Below, piece after piece: positions 1 to 9,052 of a stretch of DNA of 63,906 nt. The position numbers were made by a program, and so were the translations under genes. The DNA comes from Candidatus Omnitrophota bacterium (lineage in GTDB: Bacteria; Omnitrophota; Omnitrophia; JAHJGZ01). Position 1 is the first letter of the stretch, and the number at the start of each line of letters is the position of its first letter. Where the stretch lies: positions 1 through 63,906 of the forward strand of contig JAHJGZ010000007.1 in the NCBI GenBank assembly GCA_018823795.1, given 5' to 3'. Below the pieces are notes generated by a model. That model did not search any database. It worked only from the letters and a program-made list of their open reading frames with translations, and had not been told where the DNA came from.

Positions 1-109
1 CAACAATAGCTCCCTCATTATGTTGGCTGAAGCGTTTCCGTAAATCACTCGTAAAACCGGTATAAAAACGATTATCTTTTTTACTTCGTAATACGTATAT
101 ATAATACAT
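1..109 (-). CDS. GIY-YIG nuclease family protein (5' part; runs off left edge)
   Basis: Not in the ORF track. Manual translation from ATG at 109 gives MYYIYVLRSKKDNRFYTGFTSDLRKRFSQHNEGAIV, matching the YxYxL...YxG.T.DL..R..QHN pattern of small GIY-YIG proteins. Confidence 0.85.
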   Translation of the reverse strand, partial: MYYIYVLRSKKDNRFYTGFTSDLRKRFSQHNEGAIV

Positions 110-115
110 AGTGTA

Positions 116-320
116 TCTCTAACGGGGCTGGCTTCGCACTCAATTTACGGAACGTACGTGACGTAAATTGTAGGCCGTTAGGCCGTCTGCGCCTGCCTGC
201 CTGCCGGCAGGAATTAACCCCCCACCAATTATTTCAAATCATTCACATACCCCTCACATAATTGGTGTGGGGGTAAGTTCCGATATACGACTTAGCTTCA
301 TTACTCTCGCTAAGTCGTAT
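116..320. repeat. Cluster of short palindromes/REP-like hairpins
   Basis: TCTCTAACGGGG (116-127); CAATTTACG..CGTAAATTG (141-170); CCTGCCTGCCTGCCGGCAGG (192-211); ACCCCCCACCAAT..ATTGGTGTGGGGGT (217-274); ATACGACTTAGC..GCTAAGTCGTAT (285-320). Confidence 0.75.
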
Positions 321-322
321 CG

Positions 323-1342
323 TCACTCACGTCCCAGAATAACTTTACAGAGCTTCTTTGCCGACAGTGAATGTACCGCAGGACTCCAATGTGGATCGTA
401 TGGTAAACTCCGCTTGTCCGGCGTCAATATAATTGCTTCATCATATAAATCAATATACCGTAAATTTTTATTATGAGAAAGTGATTGTAAATGGCTCCGC
501 ATGGCCATATTCCATGGCTCAGCTGATTGCACGAATACAACTCCTTTGGTATTAAAGGCGAGGAATTCTTTATAAAAATTCGTTATGTACGTACCGGTTC
601 TTTTCCATTCTTCCTCGGTAATACGGTCGCTATTGAAGGGGCGGCGACGAGCAGTATCAAAGGGTATCTTCTTTTGACGCATCTTTTGTTTAAACAGAAA
701 TGTTTCTAAGTCCCCATGAAATACCCTAAAAAGAAAATCATAGAGATGTGAATGATGACGAAAAAATTGTTTACCGGGAAAGCGCATAAGGCCTTTTTCA
801 CCGCCATACAGGTTGTGTGAAAATTTTAAATCATCTTTCGGATCATTTCTACAAAACGTAAACACAATAATATCTGGTTTAAAAACACGGAAATGATCTT
901 TTGCATATGTTATTTCCTGCAACGTTCCCCAGCCGCCAACACCAGCATTGATCACGAGAAAGGCATTACCCGATGCATTCAATAACGTTTCTAGTTTATA
1001 GGCAAAGGTATCTTCCCGATTGACACCATAACCAAATGTATATGAATCACCAAGAAGCAACACCTTTGTAACAGCAGGATTTGACAATCGAGACGCATCA
1101 TAGTCTGTGCCTCTCAATCCCCACCTGTTTGTTTGTATAGTGATCTGATGATCAGAGCCGGGATAGCGATAGTGCTCACTAAAATTTTTCTTCATGAAAT
1201 ATCCGTACTTTTGATCAGGCACTACGCATTGCATCTTGTCATGTTTTGGTGAGAAAATCCTGACGATAATTTCAGCAAGACACAGTGTCAGGCACGTAAC
1301 AACTACCATTATTACTAAAGAGTATATGATCTTCTTTGTCAT
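323..1342 (-). CDS. SGNH/GDSL hydrolase family protein with N-terminal membrane anchor
   Basis: LGDSYTFG, INAGVGGWG, CRND and DPHWS motifs. Start chosen at MTKKII. Confidence 0.85.
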   Translation of the reverse strand: MTKKIIYSLVIMVVVTCLTLCLAEIIVRIFSPKHDKMQCVVPDQKYGYFMKKNFSEHYRYPGSDHQITIQTNRWGLRGTDYDASRLSNPAVTKVLLLGDSYTFGYGVNREDTFAYKLETLLNASGNAFLVINAGVGGWGTLQEITYAKDHFRVFKPDIIVFTFCRNDPKDDLKFSHNLYGGEKGLMRFPGKQFFRHHSHLYDFLFRVFHGDLETFLFKQKMRQKKIPFDTARRRPFNSDRITEEEWKRTGTYITNFYKEFLAFNTKGVVFVQSAEPWNMAMRSHLQSLSHNKNLRYIDLYDEAIILTPDKRSLPYDPHWSPAVHSLSAKKLCKVILGRE

Positions 1343-1367
1343 AGGAAATGTCTCCATAGGATCGCAC

Positions 1368-2087
1368 TTAAAACATTTTAATAAGATTATCTTCAGCACT
1401 CAGTACATCGACATTATCAATTTTCGAAACTTTCCCGTCCTTCATAAAAAAAACCTGTTCGCCGTATTCCCGGATAAAGTTGAGATGATGTGAAATAATA
1501 AAAAGGGTGATCCCTTTTTCTTTATTCAATATCCGGAGCAGCTTAAAAAGTTCCCGCTGCTGTTTTATATCAAGATGGGATGACGGCTCATCAAGCAGTA
1601 AAATATCCGCCTCCTGAGCAAGAACGCGTGCTATTTCAACGCGCCGCCGCTCCCCGCCGCTTAAAGTCAGGACGGAACGGTCCCGGAACTTGAGTGTATC
1701 GGTCATCCGCATGGCTTCGTGCCCCTTCTCTTCGTCTTCCGGCGACTCAAACATCCCGAACGAGGCATGCGCATAACGGCCCATCAAAACAACCTCTTCA
1801 GCCGTGTATGGGTACAGGTATGACGTATCCTGCTCGATCACACCGATGCGGCGCGCGCGCTCACGGTTGGTAAGCACCGCAAGCGGTGTGCCATCGATCG
1901 TAACCGTACCGCACTGAGCTTTGAGAAGACCGCACATAACTTTAATGAGAGTTGTTTTTCCCGCGCCGTTGGGCCCCATAAGAAACGTAAATGCACCTTG
2001 CCTAAGGGTTACGCTGCAATCGGTGATGACCCGCGCTGTTTTATATGCAAAAGAAACGTTTTCAACGGTAATAGCATTACCAGTCAT
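1368..2087 (-). CDS. btuD: Cobalamin/iron-siderophore ABC transporter ATP-binding protein
   Basis: GPNGAGKTT, LSGGERRR and LLLDEP motifs. The ORF-track extension to 2132 runs through a hairpin repeat. Confidence 0.8.
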   Translation of the reverse strand: MTGNAITVENVSFAYKTARVITDCSVTLRQGAFTFLMGPNGAGKTTLIKVMCGLLKAQCGTVTIDGTPLAVLTNRERARRIGVIEQDTSYLYPYTAEEVVLMGRYAHASFGMFESPEDEEKGHEAMRMTDTLKFRDRSVLTLSGGERRRVEIARVLAQEADILLLDEPSSHLDIKQQRELFKLLRILNKEKGITLFIISHHLNFIREYGEQVFFMKDGKVSKIDNVDVLSAEDNLIKMF

Positions 2088-2088
2088 A

Positions 2089-2278
2089 TTTACTCCGTTG
2101 TGTGTATTGTATGACTCATCCCGATTAGACAATACTTTAACTGCTGTCTAACGGGATAAATTCCTGCCTGCCGGCAAGGCAGGCGCACAATAATTTATGT
2201 TTACAAACAGTATCCAGCGAAGCTGGATAAATTCGCACAGTAACTTATGTCGTGCTTTGCACTCCATAAGTTACGTGC
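2089..2278. repeat. Cluster of short palindromes between btuC and btuD
   Basis: ATCCCGATTAGACA..TGTCTAACGGGAT (2118-2157); CCTGCCTGCCGGCAAGGCAGG (2163-2183); TATCCAGCGAAGCTGGATA (2211-2229); GCACAGTAACTTATG..CATAAGTTACGTGC (2235-2278). Confidence 0.75.
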
Positions 2279-2282
2279 TCAT

Positions 2283-3341
2283 TTATACAATCCTTCGTGT
2301 TTCTTTTTTCTTTAAAAGAAAAATAAAAAACGGGGCGCCGATAAACGAGGTCACCACCCCGACCGGCAGTTCCTGCGGCATAAGGATCGTGCGCGCAATC
2401 GTATCGGCGATCACCAAAAACATCCCGCCCACAAGCGCGCTCGCCGGAAGGCTCAGCCGGTGGTCAGGCCCAAAGAGAAGCCGCACGATATGCGGCACGA
2501 CAAGCCCCACAAACCCAATCAGGCCACTCACCGCGACTGAGAGACCGGTAATAAAAGAAGCGCCGATAAAACAGATCGCTTTGGTCCGTTCGGTCGAGAC
2601 GCCTAACTGCCGCGCTTTTTCATCGCCGAGGGTAAGCAGGTTGATGTTACGGGTCTGGGAAAAGAGCACGGTGACACTCGCACACACCGCTACGGAGACG
2701 ACTACAATAAGCGTCCCGTTCACGTTCGAGAGGCTTCCGAGCAGCCAGAAAAAGATGCTCGTCAGCTGGTCATGGCTGACGATCGTTTCGATAAAAATGA
2801 CAATCGAAATAAAGAACGAGTTTAAAATCACCCCGACAAGAAGCAAGGAATAGACCGACAGTTCCCCCTTGCGTTTCGATAAAGCGTACACCAGTCCCAT
2901 CGCGCCGAGAGAACCTGCGAATGAAAAAAACGGGACGGTGATGATGTTCTGTAAAAAAATGGGGATGCCGCATGCCGTGGCAAGCACCGCGCCGAGCGCG
3001 CCGCCTGATGAAGTCCCGAGAATATGCGGATCGGCAAGCGAGTTCCTAAGCAGTGCCTGAAAGATACAGCCGCTGACCGCAAGAGCCATCCCGACTACGA
3101 ACGCAAGCATGATCCGTTTCAAGCGGATATCCCACACGATAAGGCTGATGCGTGCCTCGACGTGCGGCACGTCGGGCTGCGTCATCTTCTCGATGAGGCA
3201 GGAGACAATATCACGCGTCCCGATCTTAAGCACACCGCAATGCAGCGCGCCGAAGATGACCGCAAGTGAAAGGAACATAAGAATGCTCATGATCACTATG
3301 ACGCGGGCGGCCGTGAGCCTGGTTGTCGTCCCTTGTTCCAT
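2283..3341 (-). CDS. btuC: FecCD/BtuC family ABC permease
   Basis: RNSLADPHILG, A.QLGV, GLIGFVGLVVPHIVR and GAPFF motifs. Confidence 0.85.
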   Translation of the reverse strand: MEQGTTTRLTAARVIVIMSILMFLSLAVIFGALHCGVLKIGTRDIVSCLIEKMTQPDVPHVEARISLIVWDIRLKRIMLAFVVGMALAVSGCIFQALLRNSLADPHILGTSSGGALGAVLATACGIPIFLQNIITVPFFSFAGSLGAMGLVYALSKRKGELSVYSLLLVGVILNSFFISIVIFIETIVSHDQLTSIFFWLLGSLSNVNGTLIVVVSVAVCASVTVLFSQTRNINLLTLGDEKARQLGVSTERTKAICFIGASFITGLSVAVSGLIGFVGLVVPHIVRLLFGPDHRLSLPASALVGGMFLVIADTIARTILMPQELPVGVVTSFIGAPFFIFLLKKKETRRIV

Positions 3342-3342
3342 A

Positions 3343-4242
3343 TTACTCCGTAATTATCCGTTCACTGTATGTGGTTTCTTCGCCGAAGATCTCAGGATGC
3401 ACAATTTGCGCCATGATATCGAGCATGAGCGGCGTACGCGGCCCCGGCACCGAATGGATATCGGTCTTGATGATATAGACCTGTCCGTTCGCGACGGCGT
3501 CGATACTCTTCACCGAAGACCAAAAATCCCGGATGAGCCTGCGCTGCAAAAAATCGGGTGTCTCATAAAATGTCGCGTCGATAATGATCGCCGGATTGAG
3601 CCGTATGATCTCTTCAATATTGTACTGCGGGTAGCGCACCGCGCTTTCCACAATGCATTGTTTTCCGCCCGCGACCGTGATAAGGTCGTCTTCATAGGTT
3701 CCGCATCCTGCCACATAGAGCGGCTCGTGGGAGCGCACAAAGAGCACCAGCGGGCTCGCCGCCTCCTGCACGCGGGATGAGATACTTTTCATACGGCCGC
3801 GTACGGTATTTTCGAACGCAATTGCTTCCTGTTCTTTGCCCAGCATTTTCCCTATCACTTTATAGGCATCGATAAGTTCTTCAATCGTATAAAAACTAAC
3901 GACCGTATTCTTCACCCCGAGCCTGTCAAGCCGGGACTGGATCTGTTGCGTACCGCTATTGGGGGAAAGGATCACCATGTCTGGGGAAAGTGAGACGATC
4001 TTCTCAAGGTTCGGGTTAATAAAACCACCCACCTTTTCTTTCGTGAACGCAGCCGGCGGATAATCGCAGTAGTCACTCACACCGACAAGCACATCCTCGG
4101 CGCCGAGCGAATAAATGATCTCGGTAATAGCCGGAGCGAGCGAGACAACGCGCCGGACCGTATCATCGGCCCCGGCCACGCTAGTCATAGCAAAAAACGC
4201 TGCCGTTAGCACTAACGTAATTGTTCTTTTCATCATGTTCAT
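3343..4242 (-). CDS. btuF: Cobalamin-binding periplasmic protein
   Basis: Signal peptide; RVVSLAPAITE, VGVSDYCDYP and PGPR motifs; downstream of a B12 riboswitch. Confidence 0.85.
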   Translation of the reverse strand: MNMMKRTITLVLTAAFFAMTSVAGADDTVRRVVSLAPAITEIIYSLGAEDVLVGVSDYCDYPPAAFTKEKVGGFINPNLEKIVSLSPDMVILSPNSGTQQIQSRLDRLGVKNTVVSFYTIEELIDAYKVIGKMLGKEQEAIAFENTVRGRMKSISSRVQEAASPLVLFVRSHEPLYVAGCGTYEDDLITVAGGKQCIVESAVRYPQYNIEEIIRLNPAIIIDATFYETPDFLQRRLIRDFWSSVKSIDAVANGQVYIIKTDIHSVPGPRTPLMLDIMAQIVHPEIFGEETTYSERIITE

Positions 4243-4249
4243 CCTCGTT

Positions 4250-4294
4250 TCCCGCTTCGCGGGATAATTCCTGCCTGACGGTAGGCAGGGCAGG
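4250..4294. repeat. REP-like palindromes upstream of btuF
   Basis: TCCCGCTTCGCGGGA (4250-4264) then CCTGCCTGACGGTAGGCAGG; same families as at 192 and 2163. Confidence 0.7.
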
Positions 4295-4454
4295 CGGCCT
4301 TATAACTTACGCTCACTTCATCCATCAACACACTCTTCATTATCCCCCCCATGTTTCTTTCAGGTACGCTATCCCGATACAATACTTCGTATTGTACGGG
4401 ATTAATTCCGGCATATCAGTTATGTCGTTACACTTCATAACTGATGCCATCATT

Positions 4455-4498
4455 AAAAAAGAGCTCTTACTTCCACAATAAGGAAATAAGAGCTCTTT
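4455..4498 (-). terminator. Intrinsic terminator (B12 riboswitch expression platform)
   Basis: AAAGAGCTCTTATTTCC-loop-GGAAGTAAGAGCTCTTTTTT on the minus strand. Confidence 0.75.
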
Positions 4499-4571
4499 GA
4501 GTCGTTTGCATTGATTTAATCTTTCCTTTTTATCGAAGGCGTCCTTGACATTGAAAAAATGCCAAGTGTCT

Positions 4572-4825
4572 TTTGGGTCTCCTGACTTACGGATCATTTT
4601 ACTAATCGTACCTTCCCGGAATGAGCAAGTAAAAAGGAAAAAAGATAAAGGATAAAACAAATACAGCCTTTATTTGTTTTTCCTTTTACCTTTATCCTTT
4701 ATCCTTGTCTCCCCCAGTGGCCATTACGACGTTCATCCCCGTTCACAGTGGCGCAACCGCGTGGGATTTTCACCCAACTTCCCCGTATATCAAAAATCAT
4801 AAGTGGCGGAAATTATACCTCTTTT
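4572..4825 (-). ncRNA. Cobalamin (AdoCbl) riboswitch containing an ~90-nt heptamer-repeat hairpin insertion
   Basis: Minus strand has GGGAA-GTTGGGTGAAAATCCCAC-GCGGTTGCGCCACTGTG...GCCACTG...GGGAAGG...AGTCAGGAGACC; lies upstream of btuFCD. Ends are approximate. Confidence 0.85.
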
Positions 4826-4852
4826 GCCGCTTCGTGTACATCCTTTTTTATG

Positions 4853-6733
4853 CTACTGACTATGTCGAAACGCAGGCGGAAATAAAGAGTCTCCATGTTC
4901 TTCGTGTGCCCGCTCAAGCCGCTTTTTTTGTTCATCAAGTATGGTAAATAAAATATCAGGTACATTCTTCTTATGTTTTGTATAAAATTCTTTAATTCGC
5001 GCAATCTTCGCACAATTTTCCAAAACCCTTATAGAAAACTGCTTCAGATAATCCTCTTCTGTATATTCTTTATTGAGTACTTCCTTAAATAATCGTTTCA
5101 GATCTTCATATTCCGGAATAGATCCGGTAGGCAATTTAATCGCATCGACATCCCCATGGACACGCAGTTCCATCCATTTTATCCATACACGCTTGTCCTC
5201 CATAGCGGTTAAATAGTTCCCCTCTTTATCTTTCTGGAAGTAGTTGACGAGAAAGATACGCGGCGGTTTCTCAATCCCTTTAACAATCTGTAAATTGTTA
5301 TTAATATACGTTCCCAGATAAATTGAAAGAAAGTCAAGGTTCGACATCGGATTTATTTGCCGGACCCCTTCTTTTCCTAAGGTCGCCGCTGTTGTCTCCG
5401 ATTCCAGTGAAGCTCCCATGGTTATGATCCCATGCTCCCAGTTAAATGCTTCTTGTACGGGTGGTAAAATACTCGAATCTCTGCCGCCATAAATAATACC
5501 GCGTACGGGAACGCCGTGTGGATTATCTAATTCACTATCAGTATTGCTGAGATCATATAAACTAATGGTGTAGCGCGCATTTTTATGTGCAGAGGGAATC
5601 TCTTTCCCGTCAGCATCTTTTTTCCCCTTATGCCATTGTCCAGAAAAATTTATCCCCTTTTCAGGAGCCGGTCTTCCGTCACCTAACCAGCGGGGATGAT
5701 TATCATCACAGACCAATACATTAGAAAAAATAGCCTGTCCCGGCGTTGAAAGAACCTTCCAAATAACCGGATCATCCTTGTCGTTAACATCCTGAATAAT
5801 GCCGAAGATCCCACACTCAACATTGACTCCATGCAAGGCGTCCTTATATTTTCGTAAATAGGCTATATCGTCACCGATAATCGTTTCTCCGGGTAACATT
5901 GCTGTCGATGTTTTTCCGCACGCACTGGGAAAGGCACCACTAAAATAGGTTTTCCTGCCCTTTGGCCCATGTACTGCCATAAGAAACATGTGTTCAGCAA
6001 GCCATCCTTCACGAGATGCCTTCTGAATAGCCAGCCGCAGGGAAAGCTTCTTAAGACCAACGGTATTGCCGGCATATTGCGTATTTGTACTGTATACAAT
6101 ATCCTCTTCAATATCAATGTAGACTCTCCGCTTATCAACATTCTTACTCACACCATTTTCTAAATCGCCAGCACTGTGCACATAGCGGAAAAATGCTTCT
6201 GATGAGCCAATTTCTTTAAACTGTTCATACCCAGTTCGACAGAGTATGTATTCTGAATGCCCGACATAGCTTGAATCGGTAAGCTGAACACAGGGAATAG
6301 AAAACTCAGACCCCGTCGGGCCAAGACAAAAGAACAACACATACATCTCTTTTCCAACCATTATATCCTTGAGAATCGAACGAATTTCTTCTATTCCCGG
6401 CCCTTTTTCTATTGCATTTGGTACTGACGTTAAATCAGCTCCGTGTGGTAAAAGATACTTCGTTTGTGCTTTATCTCGCGCTTGATCCTGCGCCCCGTCA
6501 AAATGGATCGTATGCCCCTTAATGGCAAGACTTTTTTCTTCTCCATTCTTCAACGCTTGTTGTCGTATATAGGCCCTATCTTCCTTTGCATCTGTACCTA
6601 CATAGATTGAATTCGGGTTACATAATTCGGCATAGGATGCAACAAATTCATGTAGTTTCGTATTCCGAAGCGCCATAAGCTTCTCGTAGCTTGCCGGGTT
6701 GCATTTTTCTTTTAATAATTCGTTATTCGTCAT
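4853..6733 (-). CDS. pckG: Phosphoenolpyruvate carboxykinase (GTP)
   Basis: YAGNTVGLKK, WLAEHM, AFPSACGKT, GDDIAY and IIYGGR motifs. Confidence 0.95.
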   Translation of the reverse strand: MTNNELLKEKCNPASYEKLMALRNTKLHEFVASYAELCNPNSIYVGTDAKEDRAYIRQQALKNGEEKSLAIKGHTIHFDGAQDQARDKAQTKYLLPHGADLTSVPNAIEKGPGIEEIRSILKDIMVGKEMYVLFFCLGPTGSEFSIPCVQLTDSSYVGHSEYILCRTGYEQFKEIGSSEAFFRYVHSAGDLENGVSKNVDKRRVYIDIEEDIVYSTNTQYAGNTVGLKKLSLRLAIQKASREGWLAEHMFLMAVHGPKGRKTYFSGAFPSACGKTSTAMLPGETIIGDDIAYLRKYKDALHGVNVECGIFGIIQDVNDKDDPVIWKVLSTPGQAIFSNVLVCDDNHPRWLGDGRPAPEKGINFSGQWHKGKKDADGKEIPSAHKNARYTISLYDLSNTDSELDNPHGVPVRGIIYGGRDSSILPPVQEAFNWEHGIITMGASLESETTAATLGKEGVRQINPMSNLDFLSIYLGTYINNNLQIVKGIEKPPRIFLVNYFQKDKEGNYLTAMEDKRVWIKWMELRVHGDVDAIKLPTGSIPEYEDLKRLFKEVLNKEYTEEDYLKQFSIRVLENCAKIARIKEFYTKHKKNVPDILFTILDEQKKRLERAHEEHGDSLFPPAFRHSQ

Positions 6734-6832
6734 TAGAACATCCTTTTTTCTTGTGATTTAAGTATCCGAGAATTGTGTCGTTATAAAATAGTATCAAAAA
6801 ATTGAAATTTATCAACTACTATTTCAAAACGC

Positions 6833-7465
6833 CTAAAATCCTTCCTCCTGTAACAATTGTGCCGTAAGAGAAGATTTCTCTCCTTTTAAATGTTGTTTAA
6901 CATACTTCGATAGAATATCGACTTCAATATTCACCCGATCATTAACTTTCAAAAGAGTGAATGAGGTGTTTTTAAAGGTATGAGGAATAATGACAACGGA
7001 AAAAGAATCGGAGCTCATCTCCTGGATAGTTACACTCACACCATCAACTGCCACCGACCCCTTCATCACCATGTTGTTTCGTATCGCAGGTGAAACACCG
7101 ATGTGTAAAAAAATATCCTTTTTATTCTTTACAATTCTTTTTATCTGTCCCATCCCATCAACATGCCCCTGAACCCAATGCCCGCCAAGCCGGTCACCAA
7201 TACGTAATGCTCGTTCTATGTTTACGAAAGCGCCTTTCTTGAGTAACCCTATAGTAGTCACCGCAAGCGTCGGTTGTGATGCATCAGCAAAAAACATATT
7301 TTTCTTAAAACCGGTAACCGTAAGGCATACACCGTTCACTGCAATACTTTCCCCTATTTGAAAGTCGTTCCACAGTGTATCAACAGCAATGCACACCTCA
7401 TGCATATCAGATTTTGTCTTTTTCGCCTTCAAGGTACCAACCTTTTCAATTATCCCCGTAAACAT
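6833..7465 (-). CDS. ribE: Riboflavin synthase (alpha)
   Basis: MFTGIIE start; SIAVNGVCLTV and GGHWVQGHVD motifs. Confidence 0.95.
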   Translation of the reverse strand: MFTGIIEKVGTLKAKKTKSDMHEVCIAVDTLWNDFQIGESIAVNGVCLTVTGFKKNMFFADASQPTLAVTTIGLLKKGAFVNIERALRIGDRLGGHWVQGHVDGMGQIKRIVKNKKDIFLHIGVSPAIRNNMVMKGSVAVDGVSVTIQEMSSDSFSVVIIPHTFKNTSFTLLKVNDRVNIEVDILSKYVKQHLKGEKSSLTAQLLQEEGF

Positions 7466-7497
7466 CGATCCTCCAGTGAAACATAATGATTATACGG

Positions 7498-9033
7498 TTA
7501 CGCTGCTTCTTCATCAGATTTGTTTAGACTGAGGTCATACAGATAGAGTGATGCACCAATAGTCTTCATTGAACCAACCCTTTTGCCTAAAATATCTAAA
7601 TAATATAACATAAGCATTTCTTCATCAACGCCTGACTGACTATAGACGCCACAAAACACCATCCACACTCGTTTTTTGCCACGCAATAGAGATAACCGAT
7701 ACCAATATTGGTTCCAATCATCATAGCTGGGCATTATACAATGGATATTCTTTTCTTGCTTTTGTATAGCATTATATCTTTTAATATAGTATTGAAACGG
7801 AGCATTAGCCCAATGATACAGACATATATAATCACCCTCTCTAATATGCTCGTCGAGAACAGCCATAACCTCCCGTACCTCCCAAGCACGATATTTATTA
7901 ACAACCTGTTGACTCGTTGTAATCAAAGAAGGCAAAATCAACAATCCTCCTATTATTATTCCTATTTGAAACCGGTTTCGCGAAAGAAGTGTAACAATAA
8001 AATAAAACCCATTTGCTATGATTAATAACGCTAGAGGAACTAAAAATAATAACAATCTGCCACTAAACGGATATTTATGTAAACTGTATGCTATTAAAAC
8101 AAATGGTACTGGTGAAAGCACAATAAGTAAAATCCTCTTTCTCCTTACATACATTGCAATGCACCCTATTAAGAATAGGGCAATCCCAAGACCATGAAAA
8201 TATATTCCTAAAGGATCTGAAAAAAACGATACCAAAAGGTCTGAAAAGATTTTTATATCAGCAAAAGTTTTAAACGGAAGGGGCACAAAATGCCAATCCC
8301 AATAATTTACCAAATAATTAAGTTTTTCGATAAATCTAAGAGATACTACATAGGTGCTGATGAAACTTATTATCCACATGAGCCCTATCGGCACAAGCTG
8401 GGCCATTTTTCTCCACTGTTTTTTATAAAAAGATATGACAAAAAAAGCACATCCAATACCAGCTAAAACAAATACGGCCGGATACGAAAAATAAATTGCA
8501 CATGCACCAATCGCACTATAAAAAATCCCCCGAGAGACAGTCATCTCCTTTTCTTGTATGTGTGCACACATAATCAATAGGAGTAATGTCACGACCACAT
8601 CACTCATATACGGTTTTGCTTCGATGGAATAATTAATTAATTGCGGGGAAAGTGAAAATAAAAAAACTGCAAAAGGAACGGTCCATTTGATGAGATACTT
8701 TTTCGCGACTGTATAGAATAAAAAGAGTGACACAATACCACATACAAAGGGCCACAATCTAAGAAAATACTCATTATTGATAAATGTCTGAATACTACTT
8801 TTTTCAACAAAGACAAAACCGATCGGATAGTGGACTTTTTGTATAAGGGACAAAAAGGAAAGTCCCCCAAAATTTAATTCATTTGCGAACCGTGCTTCAT
8901 CTCCACTCAGTGATCTATTCGAAATAAAGGCATATGTTCTCAGGAAACATCCAAGGTATATTATTATCCGACAGAGTACTGTTGAATGAAGCGCTTGTAT
9001 CATTAATTCTTTACATCGAGATTGCGTAGACAC
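7498..9033 (-). CDS. Polytopic GT-C (family 39/PMT-like) glycosyltransferase
   Basis: RSLSGDEA loop after the first TM, YSIEAKPY motif, many TM helices. Confidence 0.7.
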   Translation of the reverse strand: MSTQSRCKELMIQALHSTVLCRIIIYLGCFLRTYAFISNRSLSGDEARFANELNFGGLSFLSLIQKVHYPIGFVFVEKSSIQTFINNEYFLRLWPFVCGIVSLFLFYTVAKKYLIKWTVPFAVFLFSLSPQLINYSIEAKPYMSDVVVTLLLLIMCAHIQEKEMTVSRGIFYSAIGACAIYFSYPAVFVLAGIGCAFFVISFYKKQWRKMAQLVPIGLMWIISFISTYVVSLRFIEKLNYLVNYWDWHFVPLPFKTFADIKIFSDLLVSFFSDPLGIYFHGLGIALFLIGCIAMYVRRKRILLIVLSPVPFVLIAYSLHKYPFSGRLLLFLVPLALLIIANGFYFIVTLLSRNRFQIGIIIGGLLILPSLITTSQQVVNKYRAWEVREVMAVLDEHIREGDYICLYHWANAPFQYYIKRYNAIQKQEKNIHCIMPSYDDWNQYWYRLSLLRGKKRVWMVFCGVYSQSGVDEEMLMLYYLDILGKRVGSMKTIGASLYLYDLSLNKSDEEAA

Positions 9034-9052
9034 TCTCTTTCTCCTTAATTAT

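Noticed and set aside
2197-3780. Long plus-strand ORFs (218 and 223 aa) and other antisense ORFs
   Set aside because: Shadows of well-supported minus-strand genes, with no recognisable motifs.
4340-4660. 106-aa ORF upstream of btuF
   Set aside because: It overlaps the riboswitch and its terminator and has no recognisable family.
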